Of a stretch of DNA of 64,000 nt, positions 47,751 through 61,315 are shown in pieces. Location of the stretch: positions 226,052,001 through 226,116,000 of the forward strand of contig NC_088792.1 in the NCBI RefSeq assembly GCF_011386835.1. Direction: 5' to 3'. The position numbers and the translations under genes are program-made. Under the pieces are notes generated by a model. That model did not search any database. It worked only from the letters and a program-made list of their open reading frames with translations, and was not told the origin of the DNA. Source of the stretch: Chrysemys picta bellii. Taxonomy: Eukaryota. Position 1 is the first letter of the stretch. Every line of letters starts with the position of its first letter.

Positions 47751-50171
47751 TAACTTAGATTCTTGTTTTACTGTTTGATGTAATTATTTCAAGTTAATTC
47801 AAGTTAAGTTGAAACATATTGTGTAAGGGTAAATTGCAACATTAAATGATAGACTTCCAGCAGAAGCATCAAAAGGAATGTGCATAAGGAAGGCAAACTG
47901 CCACCTGGAGCTCCTTGGCAGAGCAATTATTGCACTGCCCTTAAGAAGGTGCAACATTTGGTCTCCTTAGTGATTGACTGACTCAGTTCTGCCATGGCCC
48001 TGACACCTCATTACCACCTCCCTCCCATTCACCCTCACATAGGTGCCAGGCACCATCTACCCTTTAATGCTTGGCCTTTATTTCATGTATGTTTTGGATG
48101 ACGTTGTTAACTTTATGGACTGCCACCACAATGAGACCTCTGAACTAGAAAAGGATGGTGGACTCAGTGTATTAAAGGTTAGGCCAAACTGTAATACGAG
48201 TGAGTTCTCACAGTGATGGTATGCCTAACAGTTTTAATAATTGCTTAGAAATTTCCTTAGGTCTTTAGGATTTGTGGCTCTATAGGTTAAGAGGTTGAAT
48301 GGGATTATTCTTTGGCTATATGCATTTACTGGATTTTTTTGCTTCAAACAATGTTTTTAGGATTAGAAATTTCTTCTCTGACAGTTTGTGGATCTTTGAA
48401 GGGACATGACAACTGGTTTGTGAAAAATACATACATAAACAAGTCTGAAAATACCCAGTCAGTCAACAGGTAATTCGGATCTACGATATAGAGTTACATG
48501 CATAGTTTAAATGGTAATATACGGTTTTTGATATATGGTTCTTCAAACATTTTTGATATCACAATAATCACAAATGCAAAGATAGTGTGTCATAGAAACC
48601 TGAAATATCTACTGTTTATAGCCTTACATTACAATTTTCCTAGGTAGGGAAATTGATATTTGGGTACAAATAAAAGCTGCACATTAATGTGACTGCTTAT
48701 TATATTTTTCTGCTAAGGCAACAGTGCTAGTGATCCTGTAGGAGTTTAGCAGCTTAAAAAAAAAAGCTGTTAATACTTCAGACAGAGCTGCATTTCTCCT
48801 TATACGGAGAAAGCCACTATTGCTGTTTTGTAACGGTTTCCCTGAAAATAGCCTACACTAATCTTTAAAACTTCCAAAATGTCTGCACAGACTAAGTACT
48901 TTTCCAAGACAGTGGCTGGGAGTTCTGTTAGGGGAAGTCTGAGCCTACCATACAATCAAAGGGGCAACACTGTCACACGTTCATTAACTTCAAAAAATTT
49001 GCATTATTTCTAACACTCAAAGAGTGTCAAATGTGGTTGATAATGATGCTATGTGAGAGCACAAATTTGACCTAGCTATGCCATCATAGCTTTGAAAAAT
49101 TACCTTTTTTCCTACTTGAGGGTAGATGCAAGCCATAGTTGTTAAGTATGTCTTCAGAAAATATTTATATATGTATATATAAATAAATATTTCACATATA
49201 AAGCAAAAATCCTACTGCCAGCCAGCATACACAAAAACGCCAGGGTAAGCAATAAAAAGTGCTTGTTTTTTAAAAAGTCAAATTGCAATCACAGCATTTT
49301 AAGTAATGCTATACAAATTGCTATATACTGTAGGTTGCATTTCTGAGCCTAAACAGTACTAAAAGTTGCAACTAAGGGCAAATATAAAGACACTTGTTTA
49401 GAATGCAAAGGCTTAGTCAGTATTATAAACAATATGGCAATCTGCATAGCATTACATATAATGCTTTGTAATGTCATTTTGACTTCACATATTGATTTCC
49501 ACATAAATGAACAGGCTTGACTATAGCCCTATTAATTTCAATTTTTATAAAAAGAAAAGAAAAATGTTGAGAAAACATCTATCAAATACACTGATAGAGT
49601 TAATGGAGATTAATGCAAAGCTATGACATTAAATCCATACAATCAGATGTTCACCTTATTGGGTGTTAACCCTATTTAAAAACATATTACAGGTAAGGCT
49701 GATGGCACAGCCTATTGTTAAAGTTGCCTGACATGTCCAATTATAAGACCTTGCTTTCAGTTGCTTATTACTTGGCTAAACTTAAATCTTGTGGGTTGAC
49801 ATTTTACATGCCAGGTGTATACCTCAGCTGATTTTTTGGGGGCAAATTTTAGCCAGCATAGTTCAGCTGTTTTCAGGCTGCTACACGTGACTTGCCTGAG
49901 CAGTCATCATCCACACAGAACAGCTAAGCATGCTCCCTCCAGAGGTGAAGACAGACTTCTGGCATTTCCTAACTTTTGCATGCTTGCCTTTGCAACTGTA
50001 ATAACATTATTTTTAATGTAGTTTTTGTATGTGTAATAATAGAATAGATTTTAAACACAGAAAGTTTATATTCTGTTTCAAACAGATGCAATTTACATGG
50101 TGAATCTTAATATATCACCTATCCAGTTTGTAATTACATGCTTATTTAAAGTCCCAGTTTTATTTTTTTTT

Positions 50172-50358
50172 AATAGAGATATCCTATCACCTAGAACTGG
50201 AAGGGACCTTAAAAGGTCATTGAGTCCAGCCCCCTGCCTTCACTAGCAGGACCAAATACTGATTTTGCCCCAGATCCCTAAGTGGCCCCCTCAAGGATTG
50301 AACTCACAGCCCTGGGTTTAGGAGGCCCATGCTCAAACCACTGAGCTATCCCTCCCCC
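50172..50358 (-). mobile_element. Tortoise PolIII/SINE (tRNA-derived, CR1-tailed)
   Basis: Minus strand GGGGGAGGGATAGCTCAGTGGTTTGAGCA (box A) ... GTGAGTTCAATCC (box B), followed by a CR1-like tail GCAGGGGGCTGGACTCAATGACC...GGTCCCTTCCAGTTCTA. Confidence 0.9.
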
Positions 50359-52025
50359 ATCACATCTAAATGCTTAAAGTTAAGCAGATACTTAAGTTCC
50401 ACTAAAGCCAATGGGACCTAAGCACATAATTAAGTGCTTTCTTGACTAGGAATGGGCTTAAACATGTGTTCAAATGCTTTCCTACATTGACTTAGAGCCT
50501 CAGACACCAATATTTCTTTAATTGAATTTTCTCTTGAACCTTCCTCAAAGAATGCCATGCAGCTATTTTTTGTCCTTAAAAAAATCAGAGTAAAATTCTC
50601 AGTTTTACATATATTTACCTTATCAAAATAAAACAGTTTAGTGTTTCATATAAACAACGTATGATGGGCAAAGTAACGATACCTAATTCATTATTACAAG
50701 TGAAAAGCTGACTTTGTAATTCACATTAAAATGAGTGTGTTGGTCTTATTTTACCACTCAGTAAAATCTTACAAATAAATTAACACTCATGTACAGTGGA
50801 ACCCTGGGACAGTTCCACTGGTTTGAAAGAGTCTATTCTAAACATAGAGACTATCTCTGGAAGTTTACACTCATCAAGTGTAGAACAGGAATGACAGGCA
50901 TTTTGTACATGTTTTTAATAAATATCCTGGCATATATGATGCTAGATTTCAAGTATATAAGACAACACAGGAAAGCTATGAATAAGGTTACACTCATGTC
51001 TCAGAGTTTATCTACGTGAGGTTTGATCTCACAGGAGTCATATACTGAAAAACCTGAAGAAGTGGTACGATCACGTGGAAAACTGCATGAAAGACCCGGT
51101 GTTAATTATCTGTTAAATCTTTGTTTTGAAATGTCCCTAACAAGATGGTAAATATGTCGTGAAACTAACAAAAAGTGCTGCTCAGCCACACCTGTATAAA
51201 CTTCAAGCATTGCCATCCTCCCTCCTAACCTTTACTCACAACCACCGGACAGTCAAGTGCATCTAAACTTGACCTCATCAACACTTTGGATTCTGTGAAA
51301 TAGACACCAAAATGATCATCAACAATATGATTCTGCAAATTGCCCCATTAATGTTTCAAGTCTGCATGTTGCAGTAATCTTACCTTTGTCTGTGGGTTTT
51401 AAAACAGTGGTTTATATTATATCACTTGTGAAATCCTGGGCACTATGAATATCTCTATAAATCAAGGTCAAAAGTTTCTCTTAACTGTGTACAGTGGGTC
51501 CTGTGACATGCTGTTCCAAAGCGAGTGATTCACACTATGTCCTATACTGTGTTCGTCTACTTCATCTGAGGCATGCACAAAGAAAGTTCAGCTTATCATG
51601 GGAACGTTTGCATTGTGATACTGAGCATGATCATTGCTGTACAGTGCCTGCATTAAAAATGAGGCATTTTATGTGTGATACCACAGTTTCCCCCTATATT
51701 CAGAAAAGAGTATGACTGGTAATTGTGCAGTGCTGTGTGGCCCCTGCTGGCAAATGTGATCCTTTTACTGATGACCACTGGGTCTCTCATTTGCTTCATT
51801 GTGATTATAATCCCAGCCTGTAGATGTTCTATGAGTAGGAATAGATGGGCTGCAGTATGCCTATGTTGAGAGAGAACCGTTTGTATTGAGCACTAGAGCA
51901 GAGCATGGCTAAGATAGGTATAAGGTGGTAATGAGCAACAATATTTACACTAGATACCATGGCGCTGAGTATCATACAAATGCTGAAAATGGTTTACAAT
52001 CTATCACAATATATATATGTGTTAC

Positions 52026-52106
52026 CTTGGATACAAGGCTTGCTCTGTATGCAGCTAACTGCTTCAAATATTCCTTCTTAGCAGCTTCAGTTTTCTTTTT
52101 GTATAC
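52026..52106 (-). CDS. TOX: TOX coding exon (exon 6 by human numbering), C-terminal part of the HMG box
   Basis: Minus strand reads ag|GTA TAC AAA AAG ... GTA TCC AAG|gtaac = [27 protein letters not shown], the end of the TOX HMG box. 81 nt, phase 0/0. Not captured correctly by the ORF track. Confidence 0.96.
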
Positions 52107-54090
52107 CTATAAAACAACAAAGATCATTAGTAAAGAATCTGTTTCTATATGCAATTCTAATTGATATAATCAATCTGTTTCATGGATTTTCAGAACATCC
52201 TTCTAATTAAACAGCCATTCCTATTTCTCCAGGTTTTTTAGGAGATAAAGAGTAAGTAAAACACCAAGCATTTTCAAAAATATCGCTCACAGTAAAAGAG
52301 CTCCTTTGCCTACAGAGTGATCCTGATATGTCTGACTGAACTGAGGACATTACAATTGGTATGATAGCTTCAATTGACAAAGGGAGGTTAAATTCAGGGT
52401 ATCATTCCAAACTGGACCAGTGAGGGGTGCTCTTCATTGTGGCTCCCATCTGGCAGACCAGCTGAACTTATCTGGGAAATAGGAGAGTGGGTGGGTCCAG
52501 GCCTGCTGAGTTGGGAGGGAAAAAGGAAGAAGTGAGATGCAGAGGACAGGGAGGGGTTGGGGAGATATCAGTGCCCTTCAGCATGACTGAGAGACTTTTT
52601 TCCATTATTAGGTAAACTGTTGGACAGTCAGAGAATCCCAGTCCAAAGGAGGTCAGAGGCAAATCAAGGCTCAGGCGAGCTCTGTGCAGAAAGGAGAAGT
52701 TAAGGAGCCATGAAAAGAAGTTAGTGTAAATCACTGTTCCAATCTTGTGCTTGCAAAGTTCTGCTGAGCTCTTCAAGAGAGTGTACTTTTTCTGGTATAT
52801 TCCTCTCAATCCACTGTTCTGCCTACAGTGTAACTAACACAAGCAAGTATGCTCCACACAATAGCTTACAGAGTTATATAATTCAGTTCAAATTTCCCCA
52901 GACTTCAGAACTGAAGGTTATTTGCAGGGATTGGCAGGACACCCAGGCAAAATGACAATTGGAGCATTAAAAATATAGATAGATACTTGGGAGCTCGGCA
53001 CCTGTACAGGGGGTGCACAACCCTCTCAGCTACGAAGGCAAGCCCCCATAGAGGCTAATTTCTTGCCAATGTACATGCTGGGGATGGGTTTTGAGACAAC
53101 CTAAAAAAGACTTGCACTGTTACTAAACCTGCACCCAGTCTCTGATTAGTTGGGCTATGCACTCAAAGTGCAGCGGATGGCAAAACCAACTTAAAACAAC
53201 TTTGAGATGTCCTCATAAATTCTGCAGGTGAGAAGTACACACACATACACACATTTCCTTTGCAGTAAGGTAAACTTTATGAAACTTTAAATTGATCTCT
53301 TTTGATCCTCTTATTCTACAGTAAAGCCAGAGCATTCTCATAATGGAGAATACCTGGAAGCTGCAAACTGTACATACTCCGGATAATACAATTCCAAAAT
53401 ACAAAATCAGAGCAACAGTACTGGGCCAGAAGGATCTGGTGCTACATCATTTATAGAAAGAATATTCTTGTGAAATGTCTTTTATTTCAGTGAAGCTTTG
53501 CTTTCAGAGAAAGAACAATCCTCTGATCTAGGTTGGGAAAACTCAGAGGTTGCCTAACAGATTAAAGATTTTGCTTCCCAGGGAAGCATAAAATCATAAT
53601 GGAAAAAGAGGATACCAAAATTGTAAATATCTAGACAGAGAGAAAAAAGATTGTTTTTAGCTGTGCAACTATGTGTGTGCACTCTTGTAATTTCTTCAGA
53701 TTAGGATAAATATATGGCATATGCTGAGCTCATATTGTTTTTCAAAGAACTGGCAACAAGTTGCTTTTTAAATTGTGATTGTTTGCAGTTATAGGGCAAA
53801 TGTATTGTTTTTTTCAGAAAACAAAATGAGAATTAGTTGACAATCTGTTCCCACCTGCTAAAACGAATTAGCATGACCTACAGAACTAAGACGAATTCAA
53901 ATTATACTGTACATTTGAATACAGCTGCATCATTTTGCTATCCAGATTTTAAAATCACAACTGAGCATAATAACATCACATATATAGAGTCAAGATCATT
54001 AAAAGATCATGTAGGGTTTTTTCTGATATTGCAGTCCTGCTTCAATAGATCAGAAGTCTTATTTTGCATTATATGAATATCAAAATTTTA

Positions 54091-54310
54091 TGCAGTGTAG
54101 TTGTAGCCATGTTGGTCCCAGGATATTAGAAAGACAAGATGGGTGAGCTAATATCTTTTTTTTGGACCAACTTCTGTCCATACAGAGCCAACTTCTGAGC
54201 CACAGAGCTCTTCTCCTTTTCCAGATCTGAAGAAGAGCTCAAAAGCTTGTCTCTCTCACCAACAGAAGTTGGTCCAATAAAAGATATCACCTCACCAACC
54301 TTGTTTCTCT
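54091..54310. mobile_element. Probable Penelope-like element remnant (inverted terminal duplication) with 15-bp TSD
   Basis: ~55-bp inverted repeat (54122-54177 vs 54262-54316) and flanking direct repeat AATATCAAAATTTTA at 54076-54090 and 54311-54325. The family assignment is from recall of turtle repeats. Confidence 0.6.
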
Positions 54311-54933
54311 AATATCAAAATTTTAAGCAGGTCTACTGTGCATTTATAGTCAAAGCATATGGAAAAGGTTCTCAAAGAGATGGATTTCCCCCTCCCCCTT
54401 TTCAAATTGTGGTATTCAACAAAGCAATCTCATTTTATAGCATAAACCTAACAAAAGTTCTGTAAATCTTGTACCCAAACATCACTACTGCATATTCACT
54501 TAATTATATAGTCTTCATTTAATTATTTCCCAACTATCCAGCCATACTATTCAGCATTAACCATATACATCATTTTTCATATCTACTTTTCTCAGGCATT
54601 CTCTCAACCTGGTAATAGCAGTATAAATCCAAATTAGCACTATTTTTTTTAACTGACCCTGATACAGGATGTCACCATGAGTGCTGTGGCACACAACCCT
54701 TTATGTGTTATTCAGAGGCAGATTTACGTCCTTGGGTTTCTCACTCTGTTTTTTTGTATCTTTCTCAGTGTTTTTGGGGGGAAATCCCATTCCAGCTGAT
54801 TTGCATGTAGTGCAGTTCTATGGTGCAAGGGGTATTTGTTATGGTTCTTGGGCATGATGGCTTGGGCTCTTACAATTTTTTTGTTGGTCTTCTTCAAGAA
54901 TCCTAATATTTAGGCTATTTGTTAGGGGGTGGG

Positions 54934-55820
54934 TGATCCTGACGGTTGCAGTTCAGGGCAACTTCACCAGTATTTCCCCTCAGTGCTCCTGCCAAGGGCA
55001 CCCACTCTCAGGCTTCTGGCTCACCAGCTGTTGCCTTTCTTGGGGGGAGACCCACTTCTCATTCCCTTCTGACCAGGATATTTCCAGGCACAGTTCCCTG
55101 CCTTCATTGTATTAGCCTCTGCAAAAGACAGTCTGTCTGAGCAGGCTGGCTTGCTTTCCCTTCAGAGACGGCTAACAGTGTGAGTGCCACACAGCTCTTT
55201 TTATGCAAGCCAATTTCGTTCTTAACGTAAAAGCAGTAGAGAGGAAACATACTAAAAACAATAAAAGAACCTACACGCATGCTAATAAGCTTACCAGAAA
55301 TCACCCTAACCCTAACATGGCCTCTGGCTAGAGCAGTCCTTCAACACCTTATCCAAGGTAACCTCTTTGTGATTTCAAGTTCATCCCAACTTCAGCTCGG
55401 AACAAGCACACAGTCTTATGGGGCCTCAGTAGGTCTAGTTCTTCCAATCCTCTGAGGACTGGGGCCCTTGTGGACCAGGTGTCCTGCCCATTTGGTGGAT
55501 CAGCAAGAAGGCCCTGAGTCTGTTTAAAACCAGGCTATTTATCCAAAAATCCTTTCTTTGTCCATTGGTCCCTGGATAATCCAGTTTGAATTTGTATATG
55601 TGAGCCTCTCCAGGGAGATGGCTTTAAAGGCTGATAATCAGAGGAATTAGAGTAGCCTCCCCTGCCTAGTAGAGAAGTTACATACAATAACACATACACA
55701 ATTATGTTTTTAATACAATGGATCCTAAATGTATTAATCCTAATTCAATACGGTTTAATTTAAATCAAAAGTTTATTTTAATTTCATAAGGTTTGTTCAG
55801 CATATTGCGGGATATTGTCA
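54934..55820 (-). mobile_element. Probable decayed solo LTR
   Basis: The reverse complement of 55190-55300 resembles the R/U5-like region of the LTR at 59973-61315. Boundaries are approximate. Confidence 0.5.
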
Positions 55821-56579
55821 GTCTGCCCCACTGACATTGGTTGTTGAAATACTGATTGCTGATAGCTGCAACACAGGTAGGGTTGGGGTGGACGGGTAGG
55901 CTGAGAGTTGGCTGGTATCATGAGTAATGACAAGATTTAGTGTGTAGGACATTTTTCTAGTAGAGAACGTAGATGGCACTGGTAGCTGGTGCCAACACAT
56001 AGTCCTGGGTTTTGGCCTGGGCTCGCATATGGAATTTGAGCAGATGGGGAGACTAGGTGGGTGGCACTAGCAGTTCTAGCGTTATGTGCAACAGGTATAA
56101 GCAAGCCAAGGGCCCTTCCCATTCTGTTTTGGCAGCTGCCACAGCTTCTAGCCCTCAAGATTAAATACATAGTTGTAATAATTTAATAGACTTGATGCCT
56201 TACAGACATTTTAAATAGGCAAAAGGCTCATGTCATCATTCAAGTGTACCCGTGACAATGGTTTAAACTGTTTTGTGTATCTTAAGATAGTGAGGATTTC
56301 TGAAACACGGAAATACATTAAAAATTGTTCTCAGTCTGAGAAGGAGATTTCTGTTCTTTTGTTTAAGAGCAACAAACATTGTAGCTTAGTTATAACCTTA
56401 TGGTGCCAAGATTTACTTTTATTTTTAACACCTCCAAAACCACTTATGAGTCTTATGTTCCCCTCTGAAACGAGTAAACACTGGTGAACAAGTAGTTTGG
56501 ATGGCAGCACATTTTTATAGAACCTGGCCATTTCCCACTTGTTTTTTTAATTAATGTGATAATTAAATATAAATAGATT

Positions 56580-59171
56580 GGGTGAAACTCTGTTCCGACA
56601 GCTTCCTATTTCTGCTCCTGGCTTAAGTAGGGCCAGTGGGACAATCTGCCACTCTTGGGACTCTGCCAATTGGCCCTCAAGAGCAGATCCTCACACTGGG
56701 CGGGGCCTTTGTGGGTCCCAAGTAAGCAATTGTCAGCAGGCTGCCAGGCGGAGGGTTGGAGTGCAGTGGCTTCCATGAACCCAGCTATCCGAGGTTTGAG
56801 AGCCATGGGTCATGACATCATTTTCCCACCTCCAGGGGTTGCATTAAAAAATTATGGGACTTCAGAATATGGATTGGGGCCTTGTGGGTCAGAGCTATAT
56901 CTTTAGGACAAGGCGTTGGCCTTCACATTTCTGGTTCCAGGGTGGTAGGTCAAGTAAAGTTTAACTGAGAGAAGAATAGGGCATACTGGAACTGTTGTTG
57001 CTTTAGGACACTGACCCCACACAGTTACTCAAGGTTCTTGTGATCGGTAAACACCCGGACCGGACGATGGGCCCTTCCAAGTAGTGTTGCCACTCTTCGA
57101 AGGCAGTCTGAATTGCCCGGAGCTCCTTGTCAAATATCTTGTATTTGCTCAAATATCTCTCAGTAGGAGTAAACTTCCTTGTGAGGTAGGTGATGGGGTG
57201 CAGTATTTGTTCGGGTTCATGCCTTTGGAAGAGGACTGCCATGATCACTGTACTAAAGGCATTGGCAGAATTCTGACAGGAGAGTGACCTGCTCTCACCA
57301 GGGAATGAGGGGATCATGAAGGGTCAGTCAGTAGATGCCAAGGATCAGTGGAAAATTGCAGGGAATGGATCACGCTGAATTGTATTATTTCTCGGTGACC
57401 CCAAATAATGGGCTCCATGGAGACAACTCCTCCACAACTGGAACTGAAGACAGCAGGAAGCTGTCAACAATTTCAATCGTGTTGGGCATGGCTTTGTGTA
57501 GCAGGGGCACCTGTAGGGCCCGAGCTGTAGAGGCATCCATAAACTTGTCTACTGCTCTCGAATCGATGAGGACCTGTTGGAGGGGAATCCATCAGGGCTT
57601 CCCCAGGATACATAGATGGATAGGAATCTGCCAATGAGAAGCCCCTGAATGGGGCTCTGGTGCTTCTCAGTGAGGACTAGGGTGTGGGGAACTTCTCTTC
57701 TTTGAAGACTGAGGCTCTGTGCCTGGACTGGTTTGTTTCCCCAAGCCCCTTGGTGTTCGTACTGGGCTGGCCAAGATGGCATGGCCAGGTTCACTGCAGT
57801 AGAAGCACAGGTGGTGCTGATGGTGCTATTCCTTTTCTTCAGATGTGAGGCACTGACAAGCCAGATTGGCTTCCATGGGTTCGGTGGGCAATACAGAAAG
57901 TGAGTTCATGTACGCAGGTAGGGTGGGCTGCAGGGGACCTCTTTTCTCCTCTCTTCATTCTGAGAGCTGATAATCTATGTGGATGGCGAGGTCCAAAAGG
58001 ACATCTAGTCTGGTAAACATCTACGTGGGCCAATTTGTCTTTGATTTCTTCCCACAAGCCCCACTGGAACTGCTACATCTGCACTGCTTCGTTCAACTCT
58101 GTATCTGTTGTAAGGTGGTGGAAGTGCGCTGCATAGGAGGCCACGGTGCCTTGCCCATGCTGGAATCTCCTCAGAGTAGCCTCAGCCATTCAAGCTCAGT
58201 GTGGATCATTGAACATGCTGACATTGTTTGGAGAAAGAAATTCTAGTGTGACAGCACTGGGCTATGGCCTTCCAGCACTTGGGAGGCCCGGTCTGACATG
58301 TCTCCTATCAGCAGGCTGATTACCAAGGCCACCGTGGCCCAGGCAAAAGCATAGATTTTGGGATGCATCAGAAACAGAAAGTGGCACTGGTTCATGAAAC
58401 CCCAGAACCACCAATGGTTCCTGTCAAACCATTTGGGCCAGGGTATTGCAGGCCCCTATTCAGGGTAAGGTTCTGCAGGCTGTGTTGGCAGCATGATGTT
58501 CTTACTCCTGAGCTGCTTCACTTGCTCTTTCAGCCACTGGTTGTCCAAGATCAGCTGTGCAACTTGGGCCTGCAGTGCTTCATTAACCACCTAGAGTCAG
58601 GGCTTCATTCGGGCGAGTTCAATGTTTCTGGTGGCTGTGACGGTGCTGCTGGGTCCATCTTTCTCTCACTGAGCTCAATCCCACAGGGATATTGTGGTCC
58701 AAACAAGCTACTTCAGCTGGATCATGGATGGCCAGACTTAGTAGTCAGAGCCAAAGTCCACAGTCACGAGACAGGAGTCAAGAGTCAGCTGTGTCAGGAT
58801 ACCGGGTGGTCAGATGCAGGATACAAACTGTAGATAGAACTGCAAATTGGTAACCAGAGTCAGGAAGGGTCAGAATACCAGCAGTCAGAGGCAGAAGACA
58901 AATTGGAGGTCAGAAACCACAAAGTCAGATGCCAGGAGTCATGCTGGGATGGGATGCCAGGAAGTCAAGCCACAGGTGCAGGACCAGGAAGCACAAGGCA
59001 TGCAGTCCAGAGCAGGGTGGAGTCCAGTTGTTCAGACAGCTTCCTGTTCCTGTTGCTGGCTTAAGTAGGACCAGCAGGTCAATCAGACTGAAGGAATGGA
59101 ACTTCTTGCTGGGGTCCGGGCTTCATGGGTTTCAGGTAAGCAGTTGTCAGCAGGCTGCCAGGTGGCTGACA
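56580..59171 (-). mobile_element. Internally deleted Gypsy LTR element (LTR-gag-protease-RNase H-PPT-partial LTR)
   Basis: Related LTR segments at 59030-59171 and 56580-56817 (shared CTACTTAAGCCAG...AGGAAGCTGTC and CTGGCAGCCTGCTGACAA). Decayed gag starting ATG 58658. Protease VLIDSRA near 57560. RNase H LHPITYLTRKFTPTER...FDKELRAIQTAFEEWQHYLEG. PPT GGAGGTGGGAAAATGA directly before TGTCATGA at 56817. No RT or integrase. Confidence 0.85.
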
Positions 59172-59972
59172 TAAGGCTGTTCCCAGGAACCTTGTAGGGC
59201 CAGGTTCTTAGTTTATTTTTTATTCGTATTTCTAAAATGTGCCTAGTAAGAGATCTTCAGGTGCATGTACATTATTTCATAAGGCACCCAAAACTGGAAA
59301 AGACATTCCGCAAAGTAAACAAGCACCAACCCTTCCCAGTACCTTCAGGCAAGAGAGGTAAGATTTGAACTATGCCACAGGGAGAAGTGAATGTCAGAGT
59401 CCAGGGCTGTCCACTGACAATGTCCTGGTATCAGCTCAGAGCTTTTGGGGACTGTGCCCCCTTCCCTCTGTCCATGCCTCCCCACCTCCCCCTGTAGCTG
59501 GGCCAGGAGCGGGTCTGCGGCTCAGGGGGGGGGCATGGACAGGAGTAAGGGGGTGCCCCACAGTTTGGGGAACTCTGACTTAAAGGGACCAGGTCTCTCT
59601 CTATATATCACCATGAGAATCAAATCCAGCAAGACGCTTTTAGAAGCTTCGAGACAAGTCCCTAGTTTTGAACAGCTGAGGCTGGTGGGAGGGTGTCCAC
59701 AGATGCTACCATTACGGGCAAAGGTGGGGTTGATATTCCCAGGAGAGAGACTGATCTCTGGAATTTGTTTCTCATTTTGGTTTGACAAAGTTTGAGTCTT
59801 TTGACTTTCAGGGGACAGTAAAAACCTAACTTATTTTCCCGGTCTTTGCCTGAATGGTTGGTGCAGGAATGCATGGGTGGGGAAAGATGGTTTGGTCTAC
59901 CTCGTGGGAATCTCCTCAGAGTTGACAACAGTGGGCCTCTTATGTATTTTGTTTTTAAATTATGTAAAGATG

Positions 59973-61315
59973 TGTAGAAAATTTATGATGGACACTGTGC
60001 GAGATATTTGGAATCCCATTGTGGTATTTTGGGGAACCCCTGTATTAATTTTATGAATCACGTATGTATTATTGTGTTCTGCTCCATGGGGAAGGGTTAC
60101 CATAGCTCCTCCAGGAACTAAAAACAGAGTGGGGGTGATTGCCCTTGGGATTGTAAACAAATCCAGAGAGGTGGCTTGGGGGTGGCTTGCATAGATTGTT
60201 TCAAACTGGGTTTTCCAGAGACCAAGAGACAAAGAAAGGGATTTTGGTATAAAAGGATGAGTTTAAACAGACTCAGGGTTTTCCTTCTGAGGGTATGTCC
60301 ACACTGCAACATAAGCCCATGCTGGAGCCCAGGCTCAAGCCTAACCCTCCTTGCATCTACATTGTAATTATGCTAACCCAGGGCTTGGACCCAGGGTCCC
60401 AGGAGTCAGCTGAAAGTAGCCCACACTTCCATGGGACAACTTCCTTAGTCCTCTCAATCCCAACAATCTCCAGTCCACTCTACTGAAAACGGAAACCATG
60501 CCCACATCTTTGCAAACAGCAGCAGCTCAGGTCAGTATTAACCCATTCCGTTCTGATCACCGATCTGCAAACACACGGTCAGAAGGCCTCCTGGGTTAGT
60601 CAATGGAGAGTGAACTGAACAAGGCTTTTGCAAAGTAAGGTGGTAACATGCAGAGCGGACAGTAGTTTTCCCACAGTGCACCATGATCCTAGGGTTAGAG
60701 CAGCCACATTTCAGGTGTGTGTGGGGGCACTAGGAACTATGGGATATGGTTACTTGCACAATGCAGTGTGGACACCAGAGCCCTAGGTTCGAGCACCGTT
60801 AGAAAAGTGTTAACATAAGGTTAAAATACAATATAGACACTGAAGCCCAGGGTTCCCTAACATGGTCAGCAGACTCAAGTCTCACTAGCCCTGGGCTTAC
60901 ACTGCAGACATACCTTGAGTGAGCAAATGAACAGTACATTCTGTCCAAACGGGTACCCCAATCCTGCTGGAAGATTGGACAGACTTTGGCCTATAAGACT
61001 GAGGGCAATTCCTGGTACATTCCGTGTGTGTGTGCATAGGACCTGTTATTGTTTTATGCATATTTTCTCTGTAATGTTTTTATCCTAAGAATAAATGTAT
61101 TTTATGTTCCAAAGGCTGGTTGGTACCTAGTGTTCACTGTTGTAACCTCTGAAGAAAGGTTAACCACGGAGGCTGAACCCTGGTCAGACCTGCTGGGGAA
61201 ATCACAATGAAGTACAGAGGGACTGCAAGCCTAAACCCCTGGTCTGGAGTGATAGAGATGTGGGTCTCCACCTAAGAGAGGTGATGGCTAGGAAGGAAGC
61301 TTAAAAACTATGACA
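59973..61315 (+). mobile_element. Solo LTR with 4-bp TSD, carrying a nested Harbinger MITE
   Basis: TGTAG...TGACA termini, exact TSD GATG at 59969-59972 and 61316-61319, AATAAA near 61090. About 715 bp after removing the nested insert. Confidence 0.8.
60291..60915. mobile_element. PIF/Harbinger MITE nested in the solo LTR
   Basis: Starts GGGTATGTCCACACTGCA, ends CTGCAGACATACCT. TGA TSD at 60288-60290 and 60916-60918. Confidence 0.8.

Noticed and set aside
50290-50358. tRNA-like sequence with box A and box B
   Set aside because: It is the head of a SINE followed by a CR1-type tail, with no intact cloverleaf; not a tRNA gene.
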